Below are positions 1 to 9,510 of a stretch of DNA of 32,000 nucleotides, piece after piece (positions within the stretch are counted from its first letter, which is position 1; each line of letters opens with the position of its first letter). A program made the position numbers and the translations under genes. The notes beneath the pieces were generated by a model, which saw only the letters and a program-made list of their open reading frames with translations, was not told the DNA's origin and searched no databases. Source of the stretch: Nitrosococcus oceani ATCC 19707 (GTDB lineage: Bacteria; Pseudomonadota; Gammaproteobacteria; Nitrosococcales; Nitrosococcaceae); contig NC_007484.1 of the NCBI RefSeq assembly GCF_000012805.1, positions 1,320,001-1,352,000 on the forward strand. Direction: 5' to 3'.

Positions 1-119
1 CTTTTGTTGCCTCAGTCAGTGGATACCGCCGTGAGATGTGGTTGTGCCAGGCAGATTGATTATAACAGAGTGTTCCTTTCCCCCAATTCATTGAAAAGTT
101 TCCGCGCCAGGAGAATTCC

Positions 120-1298
120 ATGAACACCATCGCTACGCCCATGCAGTACCTTGACAAAGCCATGAACCAGCTACATGACCTCGGGCTATTATCTGAGGGC
201 GAGCGCCAGGAGGCGCCTATTATCGCCTTGCTCAACCAGATCTCCGACCTTGATCAAGCACGGGTCACCGCTATCGCGCGCACGCTAAACCAGGCTTCCC
301 TTTTTAATGAAGTCGTACGGGAGCAGGTGCAGGCCATGGAAATCGGCGAGCGTTACGAGGAAATTACCCATGCTTTTAACAGCATTCGCGACGACGCTAA
401 ATCCATGGTTGAGCAAGCCGAGGATGGGAAGATCGATACCTTCGAGCGCTTGGGCAACATCTGGATGAAGGTCAGTCGCGGGGACATCGCCACTCGTTTT
501 GATAAAATCAAGGAGACCTATCTTGAGGTGACCGCCTCCACCCATGATCAGATCCAGCGGGAACAAAAGATTTTACAAGCTTATCAGGATTTCCGGGGAG
601 CCCTTAAGCAGTCCGAGGTGCTAGCACTTGAGGTGCTGAAGACGGCGGAGGGTAAGCTCGATGCCGCTAAGGCCGACGTCAAAGGGGCAATGAAGATGAT
701 CGAGACCTACCAGGGAGAGGAAGTGGCTGAACGGGCTAAATTGGAGCTAGCGCGTGACGAGAAGGTGCGCCTGTTGCAAAATGAGGAAAAACGCTATCAA
801 ATTGCCAAGGATCTGTCGGATAATTTAACGATCAGCTATAACACTTCCGAGGTGGTGATGGCGCGCCTGATACAGACTACCAATGCCAAGGAACGGGTCT
901 ATGCCCAGGCGGTGAGCTTCTTCAGCACCAATGAAGTAGTCTTGACCGCGCTGACCGCCTCTTTCACCGGCATGTTTGGCCTGCACGAGAGTACCCGGAC
1001 CGTGGAGGCCATGAAGGAGGGGGTGAGCCAGTCCCTTGAGGTTCTTGCCGATATCGGCGGCAAGGTCCAGGAGGCAGCGGTGAAAGCTGGCTACGGACCC
1101 ACGGTGCGTGCGGATGCGGTCAAAAAGCTGGTCGACTCGGTGGTGAACTGGCAGAGCCGCTCCCACGAGATCATCGAGGAAATGCGCCGACAGAGCACCG
1201 CCAATGCAAGAGAGATCCGCAATGCGGTGGAAGAGAGCAAGCGTAAACTTGCCCGTCTGGCGGAAGCGGGCAAGGGCGTGGCGGTCGCCGCGCAATGA
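120..1298 (+). CDS. TelA/YaaN-like all-helical protein (toxic anion resistance family; remote assignment)
   Basis: 392-aa ORF. SD AGGAGA at 109-114 lies 5 nt before the ATG. Highly helical, charged sequence with no TM segment. The C-terminal third (..ARLIQTTNAKERVY..GPTVRADAVKKLVDSVV..EEMRRQ..) resembles the TelA family layout from memory. Its stop overlaps the next start (ATGA at 1295-1298). Confidence 0.55.
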   Translation: MNTIATPMQYLDKAMNQLHDLGLLSEGERQEAPIIALLNQISDLDQARVTAIARTLNQASLFNEVVREQVQAMEIGERYEEITHAFNSIRDDAKSMVEQAEDGKIDTFERLGNIWMKVSRGDIATRFDKIKETYLEVTASTHDQIQREQKILQAYQDFRGALKQSEVLALEVLKTAEGKLDAAKADVKGAMKMIETYQGEEVAERAKLELARDEKVRLLQNEEKRYQIAKDLSDNLTISYNTSEVVMARLIQTTNAKERVYAQAVSFFSTNEVVLTALTASFTGMFGLHESTRTVEAMKEGVSQSLEVLADIGGKVQEAAVKAGYGPTVRADAVKKLVDSVVNWQSRSHEIIEEMRRQSTANAREIRNAVEESKRKLARLAEAGKGVAVAAQ

Positions 1299-2215
1299 AT
1301 ACGGAAGCGACCTCCGCGACCGCTGGAGCGTCCGCCAAGCAGCCCCTCGACGAGATCATGCTCGCCATGGACGTGGTGGATACCCTGCGCCGGCGCGAGC
1401 GTTTGGTAAAGCGGGAGATCGAGGTGGAAGGCCGGGAGCAGGATCTTAAGGAGCGCCTGCGCAAAATTTATCAAGCCCAGGGCATTGAAGTCTCGGATCG
1501 GATTTTGGCGGAGGGAGTGGCCGCGCTCAGGGAGGATCGCTTCGTTTATAAGCCGCCGGCGGAAAGCTTCCATGTCAAGCTAGCGCGTCTCTACGTTAGC
1601 CGCAACCGCTGGGGCAAGTGGCTGCTAGGGGGGATTGGCGTTCTGATTATTGCTTGGACCGTCAATTACTTTGTTTTTGTTGCTCCGAGTAAAGCCCTGC
1701 CGGAGGAGATTGCGACCGTCCATGCAGAAGTAACCGAGATCGCCAGATCCGATCGTGCCCGGGAGCGTGCGGAGCAACTGCTGAATGCCGGGCAAACCGC
1801 GCTGGACAATGAGAATAAGGATGCCGCCCGGCAGGCGCTGCGGTTGCTGGAGGACTTGCGCACCCGTTTGGAGCAGGAGTACACGCTCCGCATCGTTAAC
1901 CGGCCAAGGGAGCAGAGCGGCGTTTGGCGCGTGCCGGATATCAATACCCGTGCTCGCAATTACTACCTCATTGTCGAGGCGATCGATCCCAGCGGCAAGG
2001 TGCTCACGGTCCCCGTTACCAATGAGGAAACCGGCAAGATCGAGCGCGTTACCCAGTGGGGCTTGCGCGTGGACGAAGCGACCTTCCAGCGGGTTGCCCG
2101 CGACAAGCAAAACAACGGTATCATTGAGGAGGATCGCGTTGGCCACAAAAAGCGCGGTTACTTGAGACCGGATTACAAGATACGCACCACGGGTGGCGCT
2201 ATTACCCAGTGGTAA
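1295..2215 (+). CDS. Uncharacterized single-pass membrane protein (cytoplasmic coiled N-terminus, TM, C-terminal beta-rich domain)
   Basis: 306-aa ORF translationally coupled to the upstream gene (ATGA). One hydrophobic segment, WGKWLLGGIGVLIIAWTVNYFVFVA, at about nt 1610-1688. The C-terminal part (YTLRIVNRP..YYLIVEAIDPSGKVLTVPVTNEETGK) has no family I can name. Confidence 0.6.
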   Translation: MNTEATSATAGASAKQPLDEIMLAMDVVDTLRRRERLVKREIEVEGREQDLKERLRKIYQAQGIEVSDRILAEGVAALREDRFVYKPPAESFHVKLARLYVSRNRWGKWLLGGIGVLIIAWTVNYFVFVAPSKALPEEIATVHAEVTEIARSDRARERAEQLLNAGQTALDNENKDAARQALRLLEDLRTRLEQEYTLRIVNRPREQSGVWRVPDINTRARNYYLIVEAIDPSGKVLTVPVTNEETGKIERVTQWGLRVDEATFQRVARDKQNNGIIEEDRVGHKKRGYLRPDYKIRTTGGAITQW

Positions 2216-2225
2216 AGGAACAGAC

Positions 2226-3683
2226 ATGATTTCTGGGCGTCAGGCACTGGCCTCTATTGACCATATCCTTAATGAAGAACGCGCTAAAATGAACCAGGCT
2301 GGGCAGAGCATCGAAATGCTTAATGCTACCCAGGTGGAATACCAACGGGAAGATGCAAGGGACTACCGTGAACTGGCAAAGATACGAATAGATCTGCTGG
2401 CTGGTGGGCAATTGGTGGAGCATCTTGAGCGGACGGAACGGCATGTTCTGGCTCTGCTGAAAAACCGGGAGGCCGCGGCGCGGGAACTCAACGAACGCAT
2501 CCAGGCCGCTGAAGGCGCGCGCGTGACCCTGGAAGCAAAGCGCGCGGCCCAAGCCGATGAGGTGGACCAAGCCGCGGAGGCCGTGGACCAAGCCGAGGGA
2601 GATACCCAGAGGCGGCTGGACGCTGATCCAGACTACCAGGCTCAACGGGAACGAACGCGAGAGGCGGCGCGCACTGCCAAACATGCCGATGAGAAGGCCA
2701 CTCAAAGTGAACAGGAAAAGACGCAAAAGAGTGAATCCTACCGTCATGATGCCCTGTTCATGTATCTGTGGAAGCGTCAATACGGGTTGCCGGAATATAG
2801 CGCCAATTCCTTTATCCGCTGGCTCGATGGCAAGGTTGCACAGTTGATCGGTTTTGCTGACGCCCGGGTCAACTATGAACGGTTAAACGAAATCCCCGTG
2901 CGGCTGAGGGAACATGCCGAAAGGCTCAAGGTAGTGGCGGAAGAGGAGGTTCAAGCACTCAAAATACTCGATACCAAGGCACGGAAGGCGGACGGTATCC
3001 CGGCGCTGGAACAAGCCCTGGCCCAGCAACAAAGTAAGCTTGATCACATCGATGCGCGTCTTGAGATTGGGCAGATGGAGTATCAGGAGCTGCTGGCGCG
3101 GAAGACGGCCTTTGCTGCGGGTAACGATGAACACACGCGCAAGGCGGTAGCCTATCTCGCTGCGGAGTTTCAGCGGGACGATCTTACGGAACTGCGCCGT
3201 GAAGCCCTGGCAACCCCCTTTCCGGACGATGATCTTATCGTCAATCGCCTGCTCCAGCGTGACAATGAGCGCCGCCAGCTGGAATCATCCCTCCAGAGTC
3301 TCCAGGATACGCTGGAGCAGCACCGCAAACGCCTGGCGGAGCTTGAATCGGTGCAAGCCGAATTCAAGCGCCACCGCTATGACCGCGCGGGCTCATCTTT
3401 CCGTGACGGCGCCCTCATTACCCTGATGCTTGGCAACTTTCTCAATGGCATGCTCGACCGGCGGGCGTTGTGGAAGTTGTTCCAGGAGCAGCAACGTTAC
3501 CGACCCCAACATTCCGACCTGGCTTTCGGCTCCGGCGGCTTCGGCCACGGCAGCGTATGGAGTGGCGGCATTGGGGATGAGCTGGGGGGCGGCTTTAGCA
3601 GCCCTGGAGGCGGAAGATTTCGCACCGGCGGTGGCTTTGGCAGTCGCGGCGGTGGAGGCTTCCGTACCGGCGGGGGGTTTTGA
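2226..3683 (+). CDS. Long coiled-coil protein with a C-terminal Gly/Arg/Phe-rich low-complexity tail
   Basis: ATG at 2226 follows SD AAGGA (2215-2219), so I prefer it to the ORF-track start at 2193. About 430 aa of charged, heptad-like sequence (Q/E/R/A/L rich). A short hydrophobic patch GALITLMLGNFLNGML follows. The tail is GGGFSSPGGGRFRTGGGFGSRGGGGFRTGGGF. Confidence 0.6.
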   Translation: MISGRQALASIDHILNEERAKMNQAGQSIEMLNATQVEYQREDARDYRELAKIRIDLLAGGQLVEHLERTERHVLALLKNREAAARELNERIQAAEGARVTLEAKRAAQADEVDQAAEAVDQAEGDTQRRLDADPDYQAQRERTREAARTAKHADEKATQSEQEKTQKSESYRHDALFMYLWKRQYGLPEYSANSFIRWLDGKVAQLIGFADARVNYERLNEIPVRLREHAERLKVVAEEEVQALKILDTKARKADGIPALEQALAQQQSKLDHIDARLEIGQMEYQELLARKTAFAAGNDEHTRKAVAYLAAEFQRDDLTELRREALATPFPDDDLIVNRLLQRDNERRQLESSLQSLQDTLEQHRKRLAELESVQAEFKRHRYDRAGSSFRDGALITLMLGNFLNGMLDRRALWKLFQEQQRYRPQHSDLAFGSGGFGHGSVWSGGIGDELGGGFSSPGGGRFRTGGGFGSRGGGGFRTGGGF

Positions 3684-3686
3684 ACA

Positions 3687-5108
3687 GTGAGTAAAAAAAT
3701 TTCCGCTGACAAACGGCTCTTTGTCCTCGACACCAATGTGCTCATGCACGATCCCGCGGCTATCTTCCGCTTTCAGGAGCATGATATTTATCTGCCCATG
3801 ATTGTGCTGGAAGAACTGGATTCGGCCAAGAAAGGGCTCTCGGAAGTCGCCCGCAATGTACGCCAGGCAACCCGTTTTTTAGATGATTTGCTGGAGCAAA
3901 TTGAATCCCCCGAGGACATTAGCCAGGGGCTCCCCTTGCCGGCCACCCTCCGCTCTGGAAACGGGAAAGCAGCAAGCGCCAGCGGACGCCTTTTTTTCCA
4001 GACCCACGCCTTGAATATCCCCCTGCCGGAAGCCATGCCGGGCCAGAAGCCCGATAACAGTATTCTCGGTACTGCTATGGCCCTGCAGGAGGTACACCCG
4101 GACCATACGGTCACCTTGGTCTCCAAGGATATTAATCTCCGCATCAAAGCCACGGTGCTGGGTATCCACGCCGAGGATTATTATAACGATAAGGTTCTGG
4201 ACGATGCGGATCTGCTCTACACAGGCAGTTTTGAGCTTCCTAACGATTTTTGGGGAACCCACGGGCAGGCTATGGATTCTTGGAGTGAGGGGGGACGTAC
4301 TTTTTACCGGATTAAAGGTCCCCTGGTTGAGGAATGGCACCCCAATCAATGTCTTTACCCGGGAGGGGAACACGGTTTCGAAGCCCTGGTCCGCAGCCGG
4401 GAAAAGGACACCGCTGTCATTGAGCTGGCCCAGGATTATCGTTCTTCCCGCCATACGGTCTGGGGCATTTCCGCCCGGAACCGGGAGCAGAGTTTCGCCC
4501 TTAATCTGCTTCTTGATCCGGAAATAGATTTTGTGACTCTCCTGGGAATGGCCGGGACTGGCAAGACCTTGCTCACCCTCGCCGCCGGGCTTGCCCAAAC
4601 CTTGGAAACCAAGCACTATCGGGAAATTATCATGACCCGGGTAACCGTTCCTCTCGGTGAGGACATTGGTTTTCTGCCTGGTACGGAAGAAGAAAAAATG
4701 ACCCCCTGGATGGGGGCGCTCATGGATAACCTGGAAGTGCTCGCCAAACCGGATATGGGCGGGGAATGGGCCCGGGCCGCCACCAACGATTTGCTGCAAA
4801 ACCGGATCAAGATCCGTTCTCTCAATTTTATGCGCGGGCGCACCTTTCTTAACAAATTTATTATTCTCGATGAGGCGCAAAATCTCACTTCCAAGCAAAT
4901 GAAAACCTTGATCACCCGCGCTGGGCCTGGCACCAAAATCGTTTGTCTGGGTAACATCGCCCAGATCGATACGCCCTACCTAACGGAAACCACTTCCGGT
5001 TTGACCTATGTGGTCGATTACTTTAAAACCTGGGAGCACAGTGGTCATATTACTCTGCTACGGGGGGAGCGCTCCCGCCTCGCCGATTTTGCCTCCAGTG
5101 TGCTGTAG
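3687..5108 (+). CDS. PIN-domain plus PhoH-like ATPase (PhoH2/YlaK type, predicted RNA helicase/RNase)
   Basis: GTG start 3 nt after the upstream stop (stop codon 3681-3683, GTG at 3687). PIN acidic residues are present (VLDTNVL, VLEELD, PDNSIL, SKDINL). Walker A is GMAGTGKTLL and Walker B is FIILDEAQN. PhoH C-terminal motifs are present (GNIAQIDTPYL). Confidence 0.85.
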   Translation: MSKKISADKRLFVLDTNVLMHDPAAIFRFQEHDIYLPMIVLEELDSAKKGLSEVARNVRQATRFLDDLLEQIESPEDISQGLPLPATLRSGNGKAASASGRLFFQTHALNIPLPEAMPGQKPDNSILGTAMALQEVHPDHTVTLVSKDINLRIKATVLGIHAEDYYNDKVLDDADLLYTGSFELPNDFWGTHGQAMDSWSEGGRTFYRIKGPLVEEWHPNQCLYPGGEHGFEALVRSREKDTAVIELAQDYRSSRHTVWGISARNREQSFALNLLLDPEIDFVTLLGMAGTGKTLLTLAAGLAQTLETKHYREIIMTRVTVPLGEDIGFLPGTEEEKMTPWMGALMDNLEVLAKPDMGGEWARAATNDLLQNRIKIRSLNFMRGRTFLNKFIILDEAQNLTSKQMKTLITRAGPGTKIVCLGNIAQIDTPYLTETTSGLTYVVDYFKTWEHSGHITLLRGERSRLADFASSVL

Positions 5109-5234
5109 CGCGGATTTATAACAGCACCTTAACCGTAGTTGAGAAAACCAGAATCAGAATTCGACAATAGGGTAAAAAGTAGCTAGATGAGAAGATACGC
5201 CCCAGCGCCGATACCAGAATCCCAGTAAACTATT

Positions 5235-5714
5235 ATGGTGAACGATTCAGATATGCAGCACCTTCGACGCTGTGTAGAACTTGCAACTAAGGCACTGGAG
5301 TCGGGTGATGAGCCATTCGGCTCCGTGCTTGTGGCAGCGGACGGGGAGGTGCTTTTTGAAGACCGCAACCGGGTAGCCTCGGGAGATCGAACCCGCCATC
5401 CGGAGTTTGAGATTGCACGGTGGGCTGCCACAAACATGACCCCGGAGGCCAGAGTAGCAGCAACCGTCTATACCTCCGGTGAGCATTGTCCTATGTGCGC
5501 CGCAGCACACGGCTGGGTGGGCTTAGGTCGCATCGTGTATGTGAGTTCCTCCGAGCAATTGGCAACGTGGCTCACCGAACTCGGAGTTCCAGCACCTCCC
5601 GTACGAACTCTGCCAATCCGTAAAGTTGTTCCCAATGTGCCGGTAGAAGGTCCAGTTCCAAGTCTTGCCGAGCAGGTGCATGAATTGCATCGTCGTTTTC
5701 ATGGCTCATCATAA
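5235..5714 (+). CDS. CMP/dCMP-type zinc deaminase family protein (nucleoside or base deaminase)
   Basis: 159-aa ORF with the HxE zinc/catalytic motif (RTRHPEFEIA) and the PCxxC motif (GEHCPMCAAA), at the spacing typical of the cytidine-deaminase fold. No clear SD, so the exact start (5235 or 5253) is uncertain. Confidence 0.8.
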   Translation: MVNDSDMQHLRRCVELATKALESGDEPFGSVLVAADGEVLFEDRNRVASGDRTRHPEFEIARWAATNMTPEARVAATVYTSGEHCPMCAAAHGWVGLGRIVYVSSSEQLATWLTELGVPAPPVRTLPIRKVVPNVPVEGPVPSLAEQVHELHRRFHGSS

Positions 5715-5911
5715 TTGGCGCCATCCCTTATTGTTATGTTCCCCATGAAGACGATAGATGGAGAATTCCGGGGCTTTCCGTTAAAGTAAGTATGTTGGAT
5801 GTATAGAGGGCTTAGCGTTCATCTCCAATGTTCCGGGTTGGCCAGTTTGGCCGCTTAGTGGTTTTTATGAAGGCGCTCCTTGGGTATAAGGTTTTTCAAA
5901 AGTAGCGAATT

Positions 5912-6523
5912 ATGTCTGGCAGCCTATTTATCGTTGCAGCTCCCTCTGGCGCTGGGAAAACCAGTTTGGTCAAGGCACTGGCAGCCTCGATGGCCGATAT
6001 TCGCCTTTCAATTTCTCACACGACCCGCCCTCCACGGCCGGGAGAACAAGATGGAATGGATTATCATTTTGTTACCGAGGCCATCTTTGAAACCATGGAG
6101 GGGGGAGGTGGCTTCTTAGAGCATGCCCAGGTGTTTGGCCACCGCTACGGCACAGCCAAAGAAAGCGTACTCCCGCTTTTGGCGCAAGGCATGGATGTTA
6201 TTCTCGAGATTGATTGGCAGGGAAGACGCCAGGTGCAAGCACAATTCCCTCACTGTGTGAGTATCTTTATTTTGCCCCCTTCCCGGGAGACCCTAGAGCA
6301 CAGGCTACGCCTCCGGGGACAAGATACGGAAGCCGTGGTCGCCCGCCGGATGGGGGACGCGTGCGCCGAGATTTCTCACTATAATGAGTTTGATTATCTG
6401 GTGGTCAATGATGACTTTGAGGTAGCACACACGGATCTGAGGGCTATCGTTCAAAGCCGGCGTTTGCTGCGTTTACGGCAAGAGAAAAGGTTAAAATCCC
6501 TGTTAGGCGAGTTATTAGAGTGA
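5912..6523 (+). CDS. gmk: Guanylate kinase
   Basis: 203 aa. P-loop APSGAGKTSLVKAL, followed by SISHTTRPPRPGE.DG.DYHF, the canonical guanylate kinase signature. Located upstream of rpoZ as in the conserved spo operon. Confidence 0.95.
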   Translation: MSGSLFIVAAPSGAGKTSLVKALAASMADIRLSISHTTRPPRPGEQDGMDYHFVTEAIFETMEGGGGFLEHAQVFGHRYGTAKESVLPLLAQGMDVILEIDWQGRRQVQAQFPHCVSIFILPPSRETLEHRLRLRGQDTEAVVARRMGDACAEISHYNEFDYLVVNDDFEVAHTDLRAIVQSRRLLRLRQEKRLKSLLGELLE

Positions 6524-6640
6524 ATAATCTTCTCGGGAAAAGTGCCTGTTTGGGAGTCTTTAAGCATTATAATAAGATTGGGAGCAAAATATTTTTTGCT
6601 TAGTCTTATAGTTTAGAGCAGCAGAGGAGAACGGCCGACC

Positions 6641-6901
6641 ATGGCACGACTAACGGTTGAAGATTGCATTGATAATATTGATAATCGCTTTTTATTGGTT
6701 TTGGCGGCGGCTAAGCGGGCGCGGCAACTGGCTATGGGGGCCACGCCCACTGTGCCTTGGGATAAGGATAAGCCTACAGTTGTCGCCTTGCGCGAAATTG
6801 CAGAGGGTCACATTGATGTAGGCGTTATGGATACGGCCAGCGCCCGGGAGCATGCTAAAGAGTCACAGGTAAGCGAAGAAGAAGTTCGGGAGGAATCCTG
6901 A
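6641..6901 (+). CDS. rpoZ: DNA-directed RNA polymerase omega subunit
   Basis: 86 aa beginning [30 protein letters not shown], the canonical omega N-terminus. SD GAGGAGA lies upstream. Confidence 0.95.
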   Translation: MARLTVEDCIDNIDNRFLLVLAAAKRARQLAMGATPTVPWDKDKPTVVALREIAEGHIDVGVMDTASAREHAKESQVSEEEVREES

Positions 6902-6966
6902 GTACTCAAACCCAAATTTTTGCCGATTCACCCCTTAAGGAGCCGCGGTTCTCCAAGGGTAGTATT

Positions 6967-9096
6967 TTGCCGGCGCCAGGGAGTATCGATAGTCTCTGCG
7001 CAAGCGTAGCGGACTATCTTGATCCGGGCCTGCAAAGCGAAATCCGGCGCGCTTATGATTTTGCCGTTGTCGCTCATGGAGAGCAGAAACGCCGCTCTGG
7101 CGAACCCTACATTACCCATCCTCTGGCAGTGGCGGGGATTATGGCGGAAATGCACATGGATCATCAGTGTGTTATGGCTGCCCTGCTGCACGATGTTTTA
7201 GAAGATACGGGCGCTACGAAAGCTGACCTGGCCCAATATTTTAGTGAGGAGGTTGCTGAGTTAGTGGATGGGGTCAGCAAGCTTGCCCAGATTAATGCCA
7301 CCTCCCGCGAGCATGCGCAAGCGGAGAATTTGCGCAAGATGCTATTGGCCATGACTCGGGATATCCGAGTCATTCTGCTGAAATTGGCCGATCGCCTTCA
7401 TAACATGCGCACATTAGGTTATGTAGCGCGGGAAAAACAGCGCCGTATTGCCCGCGAAACCTTGGAAATCTATGCACCTATTGCTAACCGCTTGGGGATG
7501 GACAGCATTCGCCGGGAGTTGCAAGATTTAGGCTTTCAAATGCTCTACCCGCTCCGTTATCGGATTTTGGAGGCGGCGGTTAGGCGGGTCCGGGGGAATC
7601 GCAAGGAAATCGTAAAGACTATTCAGGCTACGACTACCCAGCGGCTAGCCCAGGAGGGGCCGGCAGGCTTAGTGGAAGGGCGGGAAAAAAGCCTTTATAG
7701 CCTTTATGTGAAGATGCGAGATAAACGCCACTCCCTTTCCGAAATAATGGATATTTATGCCCTTCGCATTACCGTGGACTCGGCGGATAAGTGTTACCGT
7801 GCGTTAGGAGTTATTCATAATCTTTACAAACCTGTTCCTGGTAGATTCAAGGATTATATTGCTATCCCCAAGGCCAATGGCTACCAGTCCTTGCATACGG
7901 TTTTGTTTGGCCCCCATGGTGTGCCGATTGAAGCCCAGATCCGGACCCATGATATGGAGCGGGTAGCAGAGGCAGGAATTGCCGCCCATTGGTTATATAA
8001 GTCAGGTGGCGAGCGGACTCAGCACCGGGCCCGGGTGTGGCTTAAAGGTTTGCTGGAAATGCAGCAGGATGCGGGAGATTCCCTGGAATTTCTCGAGAAT
8101 GTCAAAGTCGATCTATTTCCCGATGAAGTCTACGTGTTTACTCCCCGCGGTAAGATTATGATTTTGGTCCGGGGCGCCACAGCAGTAGATTTTGCCTATG
8201 CGGTACACACGGATGTGGGTAATCGCTGCGTTGCTGCTAAGATTGACCGGCGGCTGGTGCCTTTATCCACTCCCCTGGAGAACGGGCAAAATGTAGAAAT
8301 CATCACGGCTCCCACGGCCCGGCCCAGTCCATACTGGCTTAACTTTGTGGTGACCGGTAAAGCACGGGCCAATATTCGGGGTTATCTTAAAAACTTAAAA
8401 CGGGAAGAGTCGATTGAGCTGGGCCTGCGGCTGCTGAATAGGCAGCTTTTGAGCTATTCCCTGACGCTGGATGATATCTTCCCGGAGCGTCTACAGTTTC
8501 TCCTTAAGGAATTCGGACTAGAAAATCTCGATCAGCTCCTAGAAGCTGTTGGGCTTGGCAACCGCCCCGCCTTGCTTGTTGCCCGGCGTTTGGTGCCGGA
8601 TCGGGAAGCAAAAGAGGAAGAAAAAAAGCTGGAGGCTGGTGATTCTGCTCGACAGCCCTTAAGAATTAAGGGAACCGAGGGAATGGTGCTCACTTTTGCT
8701 AAATGTTGCCGCCCTATTCCAGGTGATCCTATTCGTGGTTTCGTCACTGCGGGGCGGGGGATTGTGATTCATACGGAGCGGTGTAAAAATCTGGCTGAAT
8801 TCCGGGGCCGGCCTGAGTGCTGGACCGAAGTAGAATGGGCCGAGGAGGTACGGGCTGAGTTTCCGGTGGAAATCCGGGTGGATGTAGAAAACCGCCGTGG
8901 TGTGCTTGCCACCGTGGCCGCCACCATCTCTGATACCAACACCAACATTGATAATGTTAGCCTCGATGATCAGGATGGTACTATTTGTAGCATTTTGTTT
9001 ACCCTGGAAGTCCGGAGCCGCTACCAGCTAGCGCATATTATGCGGCGGCTCCGGACTCTCGATATGGTGTTGCGTATTGTTCGCGGCAAGCATTGA
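6967..9096 (+). CDS. spoT: Bifunctional (p)ppGpp synthetase/hydrolase
   Basis: 709 aa with a TTG start. Intact HD hydrolase motif (SGEPYITHPLAVA.., LLHDVLEDT). Synthetase core (YIAIPKANGYQSLHT). TGS and C-terminal ACT-like regions. Sits immediately after rpoZ. Confidence 0.93.
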   Translation: MPAPGSIDSLCASVADYLDPGLQSEIRRAYDFAVVAHGEQKRRSGEPYITHPLAVAGIMAEMHMDHQCVMAALLHDVLEDTGATKADLAQYFSEEVAELVDGVSKLAQINATSREHAQAENLRKMLLAMTRDIRVILLKLADRLHNMRTLGYVAREKQRRIARETLEIYAPIANRLGMDSIRRELQDLGFQMLYPLRYRILEAAVRRVRGNRKEIVKTIQATTTQRLAQEGPAGLVEGREKSLYSLYVKMRDKRHSLSEIMDIYALRITVDSADKCYRALGVIHNLYKPVPGRFKDYIAIPKANGYQSLHTVLFGPHGVPIEAQIRTHDMERVAEAGIAAHWLYKSGGERTQHRARVWLKGLLEMQQDAGDSLEFLENVKVDLFPDEVYVFTPRGKIMILVRGATAVDFAYAVHTDVGNRCVAAKIDRRLVPLSTPLENGQNVEIITAPTARPSPYWLNFVVTGKARANIRGYLKNLKREESIELGLRLLNRQLLSYSLTLDDIFPERLQFLLKEFGLENLDQLLEAVGLGNRPALLVARRLVPDREAKEEEKKLEAGDSARQPLRIKGTEGMVLTFAKCCRPIPGDPIRGFVTAGRGIVIHTERCKNLAEFRGRPECWTEVEWAEEVRAEFPVEIRVDVENRRGVLATVAATISDTNTNIDNVSLDDQDGTICSILFTLEVRSRYQLAHIMRRLRTLDMVLRIVRGKH

Positions 9097-9123
9097 ATAA
9101 TTATCCCTTTGAAGGAGTCTCCC

Positions 9124-9510
9124 ATGTCCCGCGAAGTGATCGAAACAGCTAATGCCCCCCGTGCTATTGGCACCTATTCTCAGGCAGTGAAGGCAGGTAA
9201 TGTGGTTTATCTTTCCGGCCAAATACCCCTGATACCTAAGACGATGGAGTTGGTGGAAGGGGATATGGAAGCCCAAATCCGGCAAGTTTTTGAGAATCTT
9301 AAAGTAGTCGCTGAAGCCGCGGGGGGTAGCTTAGCCCAGATAGCGAAGTTGAATATTTACCTCACCGATTTAGTCCACTTTCCTCTCGTGAACGCTACTA
9401 TGGAAGACTACTTCCAGCCTCCTTATCCTGCCCGTGCGGTTGTCGGGGTGGCTGCTCTTCCCAAGGGTGCCGCGGTGGAAATGGATGCCATTGTCCATCT
9501 TGACGAGTGA
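9124..9510 (+). CDS. ridA: RidA/YjgF-family reactive intermediate deaminase
   Basis: [36 protein letters not shown].. is the canonical RidA N-terminus. SD GAAGGAG at 9110-9116 favours the ATG at 9124 over the ORF-track TTG at 9109. Confidence 0.9.
   Translation: MSREVIETANAPRAIGTYSQAVKAGNVVYLSGQIPLIPKTMELVEGDMEAQIRQVFENLKVVAEAAGGSLAQIAKLNIYLTDLVHFPLVNATMEDYFQPPYPARAVVGVAALPKGAAVEMDAIVHLDE

Noticed and set aside
825-2227. Several 97-200-aa - strand ORFs (825-1295, 1091-1573, 1625-2227) and + strand alternate-frame ORFs over the first two genes
   Set aside because: These are antisense or alternate-frame shadows in a GC-richer region. Their Arg/Ser/Ala-rich composition is not protein-like, and they conflict with the translationally coupled + strand operon.
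3879-4898. 339-aa ORF on the - strand, antisense to the PIN-PhoH gene
   Set aside because: It lies entirely within a well-supported + strand gene. Its sequence is Gly/Pro/Arg-rich and low-complexity, typical of shadow frames. It has no SD or recognisable motifs.
6583-6600. Hairpin AGCAAAA-tatt-TTTTGCT and a TATAAT hexamer (6568-6573) between gmk and rpoZ
   Set aside because: The stem is 7 bp with only 2 G:C pairs, which is too weak for a terminator call. The TATAAT has no acceptable -35 or extended -10 element at the right spacing.
9434-9484. ORF-track upstream extensions of real genes: recG from 9434, ridA from 9109, the coiled-coil gene from 2193, the YcnI-like gene from 15419, the OMP from 18641, and the spermidine-synthase-like gene from 22241
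   Set aside because: In each case a downstream start has a proper SD or gives the expected N-terminus or signal peptide. The extensions overlap the preceding gene and add non-homologous residues.
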